A stretch of 64,000 nucleotides of DNA from an uncultured Gammaproteobacteria bacterium (GTDB taxonomy: Bacteria; Pseudomonadota; Gammaproteobacteria; Arenicellales; Poriferihabitantaceae), in the NCBI GenBank assembly GCA_937992195.1, contig CALKKV010000017.1, forward strand, positions 20,086-84,085, given 5' to 3'. Of this stretch, positions 50,384 through 59,682 are shown in pieces. Every line of letters starts with the position of its first letter. Within the stretch, counting starts at the first letter, position 1. The notes beneath the pieces were generated by a model. That model was given only the letters and a program-made list of their open reading frames with translations, had not been told where the DNA came from and searched no databases. The position numbers and the translations under genes are program-made.

Positions 50384-51367
50384 CTAAAACTCAAGTACGA
50401 CACAGCCATCCAGCCCACCAGCTTCCACCTTCTGATGTGCCAGCGCTGCCTGGTCTAATGAATAGCTCTCCGCTATACGATGGCGCAGTTTTTCTTGTGA
50501 CAACATGTTGGTAATATCTTCTGCAGCGGCCCTCTTCGCCGTCTCCGGCATGTTGTAAACCAAAACCAGTCGAACCGTAATGTTATTGAACATCAGCGGA
50601 TAAAAAGGAAGGGTCGGCTGCATTTCCTTTGAGGAAGAATAGGTGGTGATCACACCGTTGGTTTTTAAAATCTGACTACTGGTCTCAATATTTTTTCCAA
50701 ATTCTACATCAACGATACGATCCACTCCGGAGCCGTCAGTGATATCCATAATCTCATCAACAAGATTTGCTTCAGAATAGTTCAATATATGTTGCGCGCC
50801 ACTGCCAGCGGCTTGGTCGCAACGTTCTGCACTTCCCGCAGTTGCGATAACCCGGGCTCCTGCGCTCTTTGCCCACTGCGCCGCGTAAAAACCTACTCTT
50901 CCAGACGCCCCTGTTACTAAGACCGTTTGATCCTTTACCGCGCCATCGGAAAAGACGCAGCGATGGGCTGTCATCATCGGAATTCCGGCGCAGGCGCCTT
51001 CCGCAAAAGAACTGGACTCGGGAAGCGCTACCACGCGACTCTGAGGCAAAACAATATATTCCGCCGCTGTGCCCCAGTGGCGTTGATACTGCGCTTGATA
51101 CACCCAAACTCGATCTCCTTGTTTGACTGACGTCACTTTTCCCCCGAGTTCTGCAACAACGCCAGCCCCGTCACTATGGGGAATAACAAAGCCATCTTCA
51201 AAGCCAGCAGGTTGTGCTCCGGCCCGCTTCTTAACGTCTGACGGGTTGACTCCTGAAGCATGTAGACGAACGAGTACTTCCTCTGGCCCCGGCTTTGGTA
51301 TCGTCTTTTCACCCAGCTGCAGAACTTTGTCTGCGTCGCCACTTTCTGTAAACCAAACCGCTTGCAT
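50384..51367 (-). CDS. NADPH:quinone reductase, zeta-crystallin-like MDR
   Basis: GVNPSD, IPHSDGAG, TGASGRVG. Confidence 0.92.
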   Translation of the reverse strand: MQAVWFTESGDADKVLQLGEKTIPKPGPEEVLVRLHASGVNPSDVKKRAGAQPAGFEDGFVIPHSDGAGVVAELGGKVTSVKQGDRVWVYQAQYQRHWGTAAEYIVLPQSRVVALPESSSFAEGACAGIPMMTAHRCVFSDGAVKDQTVLVTGASGRVGFYAAQWAKSAGARVIATAGSAERCDQAAGSGAQHILNYSEANLVDEIMDITDGSGVDRIVDVEFGKNIETSSQILKTNGVITTYSSSKEMQPTLPFYPLMFNNITVRLVLVYNMPETAKRAAAEDITNMLSQEKLRHRIAESYSLDQAALAHQKVEAGGLDGCVVLEF

Positions 51368-51380
51368 TGATATCTCCTGC

Positions 51381-51857
51381 TTATTGGGATCTGTTTCGTT
51401 TCAAACGAATGTAAAGCGTTCGCTCTACCTTCGCCACAACGTCGCCTTTTTCATCACGTATTTCTACGTCAAACTTCTCCAGACATTTTTCACCGCCTGC
51501 AGCATCAAGCCGAATTTTTTCGATACGTTCTTCTGTCAGAAAAAATTCGGCATAAACGTTGCTGCGACCCGGCTTTAGATATTTGATCTCGGACGACTGA
51601 TCCCAAATAATATGATCTTCTCCTAGATGCTTTAACAACATAAAAGCGTACATCATATCGGTCATCGCAAACAGGCTACCACCAAAATGAGTACCCATAA
51701 AATTACGATTGGTCAATCCCATCCGTAGCTTAACTTTGCCGTATCGAAAATCATCAGACAGTTCTTTGATCGAAATCCCGGCGCCTAAAAAAGGTGGCCA
51801 GAGATTCAACACTCTCCGAAATAGATTGGGATAATTAAACCAGTTAAGAGAATACAC
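51381..51857 (-). CDS. Hotdog-fold thioesterase-like protein, DUF4442/YiiD-like
   Basis: LWPPFLGAGI, NFMGTHFGGSL, YLKPG. Confidence 0.88.
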   Translation of the reverse strand: MYSLNWFNYPNLFRRVLNLWPPFLGAGISIKELSDDFRYGKVKLRMGLTNRNFMGTHFGGSLFAMTDMMYAFMLLKHLGEDHIIWDQSSEIKYLKPGRSNVYAEFFLTEERIEKIRLDAAGGEKCLEKFDVEIRDEKGDVVAKVERTLYIRLKRNRSQ

Positions 51858-51862
51858 TTCGT

Positions 51863-52336
51863 TTAACCACGTATTAAGTTTGCAAAATTAGCAGCTGTGG
51901 CTTGCGCAAGATCATGGGGCGCGATAGCAATATCCAAACCACGGCGACCGCCGCTGACATAGATACGCTCATGGTCTTTTGCAAGTGTATCGATGACCGT
52001 GGCAAGCTTTTTACGCTGCCCGAGTGGGCTAACACCACCAAGCACATACCCGGTAGTTCTTTGCACCAGGTTTTTATCCGCCATTTCCGCTCTCTTCTCG
52101 CCAACCGCCTGCGCTATTTGTTTGAGATTAAGCGAATGGAGAACCGGTATTATCGCAACCACAAGTTTCTTAGACACGGTCTGCACGACAAGGGTCTTAA
52201 AAACAGCTTCGACATTCACCCCAAGCTTTTCCGCCGCCTCTTCTCCATAGGACTCAGCGTTTGGATCGTGACTATACTCGCAGAGCTCAATCGATAAACC
52301 GGCCTGTTTCGCCGCGACCACCGCGGGTGTCATCAC
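51863..52336 (-). CDS. ybaK: Cys-tRNA(Pro) deacylase
   Basis: MTPA, VFKTL, GYVLGGVSPLGQ, SGGRRGL. Confidence 0.95.
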   Translation of the reverse strand: MMTPAVVAAKQAGLSIELCEYSHDPNAESYGEEAAEKLGVNVEAVFKTLVVQTVSKKLVVAIIPVLHSLNLKQIAQAVGEKRAEMADKNLVQRTTGYVLGGVSPLGQRKKLATVIDTLAKDHERIYVSGGRRGLDIAIAPHDLAQATAANFANLIRG

Positions 52337-52355
52337 TCAGAAACCCGCATTGTGT

Positions 52356-52709
52356 TTAAGTTTTACTCCAGATTGCCAGTTCATTCTGACTCGGGTCTTT
52401 AAAATGAAACCGTCGCCCCCCTGGAAAACTAAAAATAGGCTTGTGAATTGTACCGCCGTTTTCGGAAACACGATCTAATGCTGCTTCTAAATCGTCGGTA
52501 AGTAAAACAACTAAGGCAGCACCTTTATCACTATTAGAAGACAACGGCGATCGGTAAAATCCGCCGTCATTCTCGCCATCGTTAAATGCGCAATAATCTG
52601 GTCCAAAATCCTCAAAGGTCCAACCGAACGTGTCGCAATAAAATTGTTTGGTTTTCTCCAGGTCGTCTGAAGGTAGCTCAATGTAGTTTAGTTTTATCTT
52701 CGTCATCAT
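52356..52709 (-). CDS. VOC-family protein
   Basis: NYIELP, FGW, FPGGRRFHF, NELAIWS. Confidence 0.9.
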   Translation of the reverse strand: MMTKIKLNYIELPSDDLEKTKQFYCDTFGWTFEDFGPDYCAFNDGENDGGFYRSPLSSNSDKGAALVVLLTDDLEAALDRVSENGGTIHKPIFSFPGGRRFHFKDPSQNELAIWSKT

Positions 52710-52730
52710 CTCTCCCTAAGCTCTACCGCT

Positions 52731-53153
52731 TTACTTGTTTTCCAATCTTTCCTTAATTCCCGCATTTATTTCCCGGAATTCCTCAATCAACGTTTCACAA
52801 GAAGCCTTTTCAGCCTGACACAACGTTGCCATTTGAATCGAGACAACGCCATCGAGAGAAACCACATCACGACGGATCGCAGTAGGGTTTGCCGGATGAT
52901 CTTCCGGAGTAATCGACCACAGTGTGTAGCTGCCCTCATTTTTTATATTGTAAATAATCCAGCCACCGTAGTCTGTTCTTGCTGCATCTTGATTGGCTTC
53001 CATCGCATCAAAAACCTGTTCCACTGTATCAAAAGGAATCAATTTTTCGCTATCTTGCGCATGGGATAAACCCGGGTTCATCGCAAAGCCTAGCAACGAG
53101 ATAACAACTGGGAGCAGAAAAATCTCAATGTTTTTTATAGCTGATGGTTTCAT
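52731..53153 (-). CDS. Secreted hypothetical protein
   Basis: Signal peptide ending SHA-Q, HPANP, LCQAEKASC pair; in-operon orientation. Confidence 0.75.
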   Translation of the reverse strand: MKPSAIKNIEIFLLPVVISLLGFAMNPGLSHAQDSEKLIPFDTVEQVFDAMEANQDAARTDYGGWIIYNIKNEGSYTLWSITPEDHPANPTAIRRDVVSLDGVVSIQMATLCQAEKASCETLIEEFREINAGIKERLENK

Positions 53154-53184
53154 AAAATTCTGTTAGTCAGGATAGCAATTACAC

Positions 53185-53499
53185 TTAGTCAGTTTTTTGA
53201 TTGGAAAGTCGCTCAAAGGTTGGCGCATCGTAACTGGAATAATCAATTTTTGACTGTGACCAGGACGCTGCGTTTTTTTCCTTGTGTTCTTTTCTGGTCA
53301 TTCTAAAAACGAGTAAGTGCACGCGTTCAATAAGCTCTTCCACCTCCGCGTGACGCACAAGGTTGAGATACACCCCGGCTTCAACAAAGCCTTCTAGCTT
53401 ATGGCGTTGCTGCGCCGACGGCACATTGCCTTTTTTGGAAGCTTGAAACAATTCCGTAAACCGTTTTTCAAGTTCTTCTATAAAACCGCGACGATTCAT
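53185..53499 (-). CDS. Hypothetical protein
   Basis: 104-aa ATG ORF heading the minus-strand run; LEGFVEAG, YDAPTFER. Confidence 0.7.
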   Translation of the reverse strand: MNRRGFIEELEKRFTELFQASKKGNVPSAQQRHKLEGFVEAGVYLNLVRHAEVEELIERVHLLVFRMTRKEHKEKNAASWSQSKIDYSSYDAPTFERLSNQKTD

Positions 53500-53574
53500 T
53501 TTTATAGCTCTACTTTGTCATTATAGATACCGACCGGAGTGTAACAAATCGCATGCATACAGTAGTAGCAACTC

Positions 53575-54108
53575 GTGGAAAAAGGCCGCATACTTTGGTT
53601 TGTCTTTCTTCTAGTCTGGGTTGTTTCTATGCAATGGGCGATGCTCGCTGTTATTTTGATCGGATTATTTCTGATTTCAGGGCGATTTCCAAAACTCGCG
53701 TTTTCCGTATTTGGTGTATTGGTTGCTGTCGTCATTGGTGCGCTTGTGTTTACCAGCGACCGGGTAGCCAAAGTAGCTCGGGTAATTTCCGTGGAAGATG
53801 TGACACTGTCCAATATGACCGTGGTACCCGCCTATGGCGGCAGCTATCGGTTTGGCGGCAGATTACAGAATAGTCACGAGGAAGCAGAACTTCGAGAAAC
53901 CATGGTCCATGTCTTTATGCTAGATTGTGCAAACCACGCGGACCCTGAAAGCCAAGACTGTATGTCAGTAGGCCAGCAAAATCAGCGGCTGAACACACGC
54001 GTGCCTTCGATGCAGGCCCGGGATTTTCAGATGAATCTCTACTTTGGTTCGCCCGTTATTCAGGGGAAAATAGCCTGGCGATACGAAGTAACCGAAGTGA
54101 AAAACTAG
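53575..54108 (+). CDS. Membrane-anchored hypothetical protein with periplasmic beta domain; true start may be the ATG at 53629
   Basis: Two to three hydrophobic helices, then GRLQN...MLDC...C. Confidence 0.65.
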   Translation: MEKGRILWFVFLLVWVVSMQWAMLAVILIGLFLISGRFPKLAFSVFGVLVAVVIGALVFTSDRVAKVARVISVEDVTLSNMTVVPAYGGSYRFGGRLQNSHEEAELRETMVHVFMLDCANHADPESQDCMSVGQQNQRLNTRVPSMQARDFQMNLYFGSPVIQGKIAWRYEVTEVKN

Positions 54109-54193
54109 AAACCTTTCGTCCACAGATTGATCTTTCTTGCGATAATAAGGTCCAAGCTATTGCTTAACCGCACCGTTTATTAAAATTAAATTT

Positions 54194-54652
54194 ATGTTGA
54201 TTTCAATTGCCACCGCTTTTCACGTTCTTGCCGCCGCTATCTGGATAGGCGGCATGTTCTTTGCCTATGTTTGCCTCAGACCTGTGTTAGGTGGAGCTGA
54301 ACCCGAGGCGCGTTTAACTATGTGGGCGAAAGTATTTGGTAAGTTTTTTCCCTGGGTCTGGATGTGTATTGTGATCCTGTTCCTCACAGGCTTCTATCTC
54401 ATCGGTCAGTATGGCGGCTTCACTGGCGCGGGCAAGTATGTAATTGCAATGATGACAATTGCTATTGTTATGACAGCGGTTTTTAAATTTATTTATGCGG
54501 CGCCGTTTAAACATTTAAAACGCGGCGTAGAAGAAAAAGACTTCGCCGTTGCCGCCTATGCGCTAAATACGATTCGTAAACTGGTTGCGACCAACCTGAT
54601 ACTGGGTATTGTAGTCATCATCATCGCCACAGGCTTCAAAGCCTGGCACTAG
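54194..54652 (+). CDS. CopD/DUF4149-like four-TM membrane protein
   Basis: HVLAAAIWIGGMFF, FFPWVW, IRKLVATNL. Confidence 0.85.
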   Translation: MLISIATAFHVLAAAIWIGGMFFAYVCLRPVLGGAEPEARLTMWAKVFGKFFPWVWMCIVILFLTGFYLIGQYGGFTGAGKYVIAMMTIAIVMTAVFKFIYAAPFKHLKRGVEEKDFAVAAYALNTIRKLVATNLILGIVVIIIATGFKAWH

Positions 54653-54691
54653 TCGCCTAGGGGTAATTAACCATAAAAAATTAACAAAATA

Positions 54692-55213
54692 ATGATGTCT
54701 ATCAAGAAAAAACTGGTTTTTATTTTATCTTTACTCAGTTTGCTCGCATTCTCTGTTCCCGGCGCGAGTCTGCTTGCCAATACAGATCGCGAGCCAGCAG
54801 CACCATTTAATTTGGATAACTTAGCTGGATCAAAAGTTACGCTGGATGATTATCGAGGTCAGGTGGTATTGGTTAACTTTTGGGCAACATGGTGTCCACC
54901 CTGCGTCCATGAGCTACCGTCGATACAAGCATTAAAAGATAATTTCGCTGAAGATGCATTCGAAGTTTTAGCGATGAATATGGGTGAAGCTTCCAGAGAC
55001 ATTAACTTATTCCTTAAACAGTTCAAAACCAAGCTCGATTTTCCAATACTTCTTAATGCGGACAAGGGCGTATCTGATGAATGGAAAGTGCGCGTCATGC
55101 CCACTACCCTGATTATTGATAAGACCGGACATATCGCGGTCTATCATCTTGGACCAAAAGACTGGAATAGCGAAGAAGTGCAGAATCAAGTCGCGCTGTT
55201 ATTACAGGAGTAA
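54692..55213 (+). CDS. TlpA/ResA-family thiol-disulfide oxidoreductase
   Basis: Signal/anchor, VNFWATWCPPC, MPTT. Confidence 0.93.
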   Translation: MMSIKKKLVFILSLLSLLAFSVPGASLLANTDREPAAPFNLDNLAGSKVTLDDYRGQVVLVNFWATWCPPCVHELPSIQALKDNFAEDAFEVLAMNMGEASRDINLFLKQFKTKLDFPILLNADKGVSDEWKVRVMPTTLIIDKTGHIAVYHLGPKDWNSEEVQNQVALLLQE

Positions 55214-55216
55214 ATT

Positions 55217-55876
55217 CTGGCTTTCTCTTCGAAATCCGGGGAAACCGCTGCATCATTTCAGCTCGGTATTTTTGGCGGTACTTTTAACCCTATCCACTTA
55301 GGGCATATCGATACCGTTGAGCAGCTAGCTGCTATCTCAGCCCTTGATCAGGTCCGCTATATACCCGCGGCAGTTCCGCCGCATCGCGCGGCGCCAGTTG
55401 TGAGCGCCAAGCACCGACTAAAAATGGTGCAACTGGCGATCGCTGATGACCCGAAAATGATTGCTGACAGTCGGGAGCTAGAGCGTTCCGGCCCGTCTTA
55501 CACCATAGACACTATTGAGTCTGTGCGTACCGAGCTGCGACAAACCACGATACACTTAATTCTTGGTTTAGATGCTGCCCTGGATTTGGAGACATGGCAT
55601 CGCTGGCAAAGCCTTTTGGACGCGGTCAATATAATTGTTATGGTTCGTCCTGGCTGGGATTTACCTGAAGTATTGCCCGCATGGTGGGCAGAGCGAACAG
55701 CAAACATAGAGCAACTTCGCCAGAGCAAGGCTGGTAGAATATCCCTCGTCCCTATCACTCCGGTGGATATTTCCTCCACCCGTATTCGCGAAGGATTAAA
55801 AGCCGGCACCTCGGTGCAACAGTGGCTCCACCCCAGCGTATTGCAATATATCCAACAGCACGACCTTTATGAGTAA
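55217..55876 (+). CDS. nadD: Nicotinate-nucleotide adenylyltransferase; probable CTG (55217) or ATT (55214) start
   Basis: Frame open from 55214 encodes GIFGGTFNPIHLGH and PPHR upstream of the ORF-track GTG, then SYTIDT, GLDA, WHRW, ISSTRIR. AGGAG at 55206-55210. Confidence 0.93.
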   Translation: MAFSSKSGETAASFQLGIFGGTFNPIHLGHIDTVEQLAAISALDQVRYIPAAVPPHRAAPVVSAKHRLKMVQLAIADDPKMIADSRELERSGPSYTIDTIESVRTELRQTTIHLILGLDAALDLETWHRWQSLLDAVNIIVMVRPGWDLPEVLPAWWAERTANIEQLRQSKAGRISLVPITPVDISSTRIREGLKAGTSVQQWLHPSVLQYIQQHDLYE

Positions 55877-56276
55877 ACGACCAGAAAAAACCAACGAAGC
55901 GGAGCAAATGCGTGATATCGCGGTTGCTGCTTTGCAACAATCCAAAGGCGAAGACATCAAAGTTCTCGACGTCCGCAAGCTTACCGATGTCACCGATATT
56001 ATGATCGTGGCAACCGGCACTTCCGATCGTCATGTGAAAACCCTGGCTACGCGGGTTCTGGAAGAAATGCACGACGCAGGTTGGAGCCATGTTGGGGTCG
56101 AGGGTGAGGAAGCAAAAGATTGGGTGCTTGTGGATTTTGTCGACATCGTTATACATGTCATGCGCGCCCAGGCGCGGGAACGCTATAACCTGGAAAGCCT
56201 ATGGGACAAAACGTTTAATGACATCGTTGGTCAAGGTACCACCGAAGAAGTAATGGAGAGCGTGACACGGGGCTAG
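55869..56276 (+). CDS. rsfS: Ribosome silencing factor
   Basis: KGEDI, TGTSDRHV, WVLVDF, YNLESLW. Confidence 0.96.
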   Translation: MSKRPEKTNEAEQMRDIAVAALQQSKGEDIKVLDVRKLTDVTDIMIVATGTSDRHVKTLATRVLEEMHDAGWSHVGVEGEEAKDWVLVDFVDIVIHVMRAQARERYNLESLWDKTFNDIVGQGTTEEVMESVTRG

Positions 56277-56304
56277 GCAGGTTCAGCGCCGACCTGCGAA
56301 GATC

Positions 56305-56775
56305 ATGCTGAATATTTACCTGGTTGTTATCGGCGAGAAAATGCCCCCGTGGGTCAACACCGGTGTCTCTGAATACCAAAAGCGTATTCGCGGTCGGATG
56401 GCACTTAAAGTAATTGAAGTCCCCGCAATCAAAAGGGGTAAAAATGCCGACCTCCAGCGTATTGCGCTCGAGGAAGACCAAAAACTTATCGCCGCAGTAC
56501 CAAAACAATGTCGGTTGATTGCGTTGGACCGCCTGGGAAAAACGATCTCTACAGTGCAAATGGCGGATCGGTTTGAGCAAGGCTTGCAGCAAGGCGACCA
56601 GCTCGCGCTTTTGGTAGGCGGCCCGGAAGGACTGTCTAAAGAAGTATTACAACAGGTCGATGAAACGTGGTCACTGTCCGCCCTTACCTTTGCGCATCCG
56701 GTTGTGCGGATAATGCTGGCCGAGCAGGTCTATCGTTGCTTTTCTATTCTCGAAAAGTTGCCTTACCACCGCTAG
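56305..56775 (+). CDS. rlmH: 23S rRNA pseudouridine-1915 N3-methyltransferase
   Basis: GGPEGL, SLSALTFAH, EQVYR, PYHR. Confidence 0.97.
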   Translation: MLNIYLVVIGEKMPPWVNTGVSEYQKRIRGRMALKVIEVPAIKRGKNADLQRIALEEDQKLIAAVPKQCRLIALDRLGKTISTVQMADRFEQGLQQGDQLALLVGGPEGLSKEVLQQVDETWSLSALTFAHPVVRIMLAEQVYRCFSILEKLPYHR

Positions 56776-56817
56776 AACGGTTATTTTTCTTTGCCGTTGG
56801 TTCCCCTGCATTAACCC

Positions 56818-57402
56818 ATGACTTTGATTCTTGCATCTCGCTCACCGCGCCGCCGAGAGTTACTCGCACAATTTGGCCTTTCGTTTAAAACCCAGGAAGC
56901 GGATCTGGATGAAGCGCCGATCGAGGGCGAATCGCCAGAAACAATGACCGAACGCCTTGCAGTAGCCAAAGCATTACATATTTACAGGCAAAACCCGCGA
57001 CAAACCTGGGTGTTGGGTGGCGATACCACGGTTGCACTTGGCAATCAGGTATTCGGCAAACCCGCGGATGCTAAACAGGCAACCGAAATGCTGTCAGCGC
57101 TATCCGGAACAACGCACCGGGTCGTTTCTGCGGTAGCGCTGATTGGGGAGAATTTCAGGGAATCGTGTATTTGCACCACAGAAGTTACCTTTGACAAGCT
57201 TACCAGCGGGCAAATTCAGGCATATTGTGAGAGTAAAGAGCCATTTGACAAGGCTGGAGGCTACGGGATACAAGGTTTAGCGGGAGCATATGTCAAACAG
57301 CTGCGCGGCAGCTATAGCGGTGTTGTCGGCCTTCCTCTGTATGAAACCAGAAAACTGCTCGAAAGTGCTAACCTTTTGCAGGCCTCTTCAGAGACGGTAT
57401 GA
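56818..57402 (+). CDS. maf: Maf/YhdE nucleoside-triphosphate pyrophosphatase
   Basis: LASRSPRR, GDT, GKP, DKAGGYGIQ, VVGLP. Confidence 0.96.
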   Translation: MTLILASRSPRRRELLAQFGLSFKTQEADLDEAPIEGESPETMTERLAVAKALHIYRQNPRQTWVLGGDTTVALGNQVFGKPADAKQATEMLSALSGTTHRVVSAVALIGENFRESCICTTEVTFDKLTSGQIQAYCESKEPFDKAGGYGIQGLAGAYVKQLRGSYSGVVGLPLYETRKLLESANLLQASSETV

Positions 57403-57495
57403 TCTAGGGTGACAAATCCAATAATAAATACTGTCCGTTTCGTCACAAACTGATGTTCTGTTAACCCTTTTCCGAGACCAGATACTGTCATCGCA

Positions 57496-58995
57496 ATGAC
57501 TGCCAATCCTTTACATTCCATGCGCGAAGAAATACTGATCAATGTCACTCCGCAAGAGACGCGTGTTGCCACTCTGGAAAATGGACTGCTTCAGGAAATT
57601 TATATTGAGCGGGTGAAAAACAAGGGCATTACCGGAAATATCTATCTGGGCAAAGTTGTGCGAGTGTTGCCTGGCATGCAGGCTGCTTTTGTCGAAATCG
57701 GCCTTGAGCGCACCGCGTTCCTGCATGCCAGAGATTTGGTGAACAATCGCGAAGACACGTTGACAATGCAACAGCATGATCCTGATTTGAGTATCAGTGC
57801 GTTGGTCACAGAGGGCCAGGAAATCGTAGTGCAGGTAGTCAAAGATCCGATCGGCACCAAAGGCGCGCGGCTGTCAGGACAAATCAGCGTGCCTTCTCGC
57901 AACCTTGTTTATCTACCGGGCAGCAACTATCTGGGCATATCGCAGCGAATTCAGGAACCGGAGACACGCGAAGCCCTGATGGAGTCATTGCAAACAGAGC
58001 GTGCGGCGCTGAATATTGAAGACGGTTTTATTGTTCGAACTGCGGGCGAAAATGCACAACCGGAAGAGATACGATCCGATATGGCTTTTCTGGTTAGGGT
58101 CTGGGACAAGGTCAATGCACGCAAGAAAGAAGACAAGGCGCCCGCTTTGCTGCATGCGAGTCTGCCTCTTGCGATGCGTACAGTGCGCGACCTGGTTTGG
58201 CAAAAAGTAAAAAAGATTCGCATTGATTCCAAGGAAACTTTTGAACTGGTTACGAAATTTGCCACAGACTTAATGCCGGACGCACTAGAGAGAATCGAAC
58301 ACTACCCCGGCGGGCGCCCGATTTTTGATCTCTACGATGTTGAAGAAGAAATACAGCGTGCCCTGCAAAAAAGAGTGCCGTTAAAGTCTGGCGGCTATTT
58401 GATCATTGATCAAACAGAGGCTATGACGACTGTTGATGTAAATACAGGCAGTTTCGTTGGTCAACTTAATTTGGAAGAAACTATTTTTAAAACAAACCTG
58501 GAGGCGGCCTCGACGTTGGCGCACCAGCTGCGGGTTAGAAACCTTGGCGGTATTATTATTGTCGACTTTATTGATATGGGTGTGGAGGAACATAAAAATC
58601 AAGTCATGCGCACCCTTGAACGCGAGCTCTCCAAAGATCGTACCAAAACTCACGTCAACGATATGTCGCCCCTGGGTTTAGTCGAAATAACCCGTAAACG
58701 CACAAACGAAAGTCTCGAGCGTTTGCTAACGGCAGCATGTCCTGCATGCGGCGGCCGCGGCATTCAAAAAACTGCAGAGACAACCTGCTACGAAATCTTT
58801 CGGGAAATCTTGCGCGAAGCCCGACAATTTGATGCCGAAAAATATTTGGTGATTGGTTCGCCAGACGTGATTGAAATGCTGCAGGAAGATGAGTCGGTTG
58901 GACTGGCAGACCTGCAGGACTTTATTCGCCGCTCGATTCATCTAAAAGTTGAACCGAGCTTTAACCGCGAACATTATGAAGTAGTGTTGATGTGA
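57496..58995 (+). CDS. rng: Ribonuclease G; start may be ATG 57520
   Basis: GNIYLGKV, GMQAAF, DVNTG, GGIIIVDFIDM, CPAC. Confidence 0.97.
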   Translation: MTANPLHSMREEILINVTPQETRVATLENGLLQEIYIERVKNKGITGNIYLGKVVRVLPGMQAAFVEIGLERTAFLHARDLVNNREDTLTMQQHDPDLSISALVTEGQEIVVQVVKDPIGTKGARLSGQISVPSRNLVYLPGSNYLGISQRIQEPETREALMESLQTERAALNIEDGFIVRTAGENAQPEEIRSDMAFLVRVWDKVNARKKEDKAPALLHASLPLAMRTVRDLVWQKVKKIRIDSKETFELVTKFATDLMPDALERIEHYPGGRPIFDLYDVEEEIQRALQKRVPLKSGGYLIIDQTEAMTTVDVNTGSFVGQLNLEETIFKTNLEAASTLAHQLRVRNLGGIIIVDFIDMGVEEHKNQVMRTLERELSKDRTKTHVNDMSPLGLVEITRKRTNESLERLLTAACPACGGRGIQKTAETTCYEIFREILREARQFDAEKYLVIGSPDVIEMLQEDESVGLADLQDFIRRSIHLKVEPSFNREHYEVVLM

Positions 58996-59348
58996 TGCAG
59001 ACCAAAAAGCGCCTTCTACTGTTAAGTGTTTCTCTGGCACTAGTGCTGTCCACAGTGGCAAGCGCAATTGAAACAAGGGAACAGCGCATCAACCTTTCGC
59101 AATGGCCGCAATACGACAATGGCCCAAATATCGCAGCACTGCCACAAGTACAAGAAATATTCTCCGGATTCGACGAGAAGCCAGGGAACCAGATTATCGT
59201 GCGTTATCCCGGCGGCAATGAAGGCATCAAGTGGGCAGAAAAAATGCGGGACTGGTTTATCTCCTTCGGTGTTCCTGCCAATTACTTAAAGTTAGAAACA
59301 GGTTCCGGAAAACCGGATCAGCTCTTGCTAATACTGATCAGTAATTGA
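58992..59348 (+). CDS. Secreted hypothetical protein
   Basis: Signal peptide, RYPGGNEG..WA...RDWFISFGV; overlaps the rng stop. Confidence 0.75.
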   Translation: MMQTKKRLLLLSVSLALVLSTVASAIETREQRINLSQWPQYDNGPNIAALPQVQEIFSGFDEKPGNQIIVRYPGGNEGIKWAEKMRDWFISFGVPANYLKLETGSGKPDQLLLILISN

Positions 59349-59680
59349 TAGAGATGGAGCATTTTCTTAGAACTATTTTAGTTGTTTTTAGTTTGGGCTT
59401 ATCAGTTTGTTCAATGGGCGCAGATCAGACAGTAGCGGAACAGCAATACAACAGCTATTGCTCTGCCTGCCACAATCTGGGGGTTGCAGGAGCGCCACGG
59501 ATCACTGACAGAGAAGCCTGGAAACCGCGCCTCGCCCAGGGCAAAAAAGTGCTTTATGACCACGCGATAAATGGTTTTGTCGGTAAGACCGGCTCGATGC
59601 CACCAAAAGGCGGCTTTGTCGGGCTTAGCGATGAGCAAGTTGAAGACGTAGTCGATTATATTATTTATCAGGTTAGGTAG
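59345..59680 (+). CDS. Cytochrome c5 family protein
   Basis: CSACH, GAP, WKPRL, MPPKGG. Confidence 0.93.
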   Translation: MIEMEHFLRTILVVFSLGLSVCSMGADQTVAEQQYNSYCSACHNLGVAGAPRITDREAWKPRLAQGKKVLYDHAINGFVGKTGSMPPKGGFVGLSDEQVEDVVDYIIYQVR

Positions 59681-59682
59681 TT

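Noticed and set aside
54692-55876. TlpA-NadD read-through fusion
   Set aside because: TAA is an efficient stop and TlpA is exported while NadD is cytoplasmic; the RBS before CTG/ATT explains the layout more simply.
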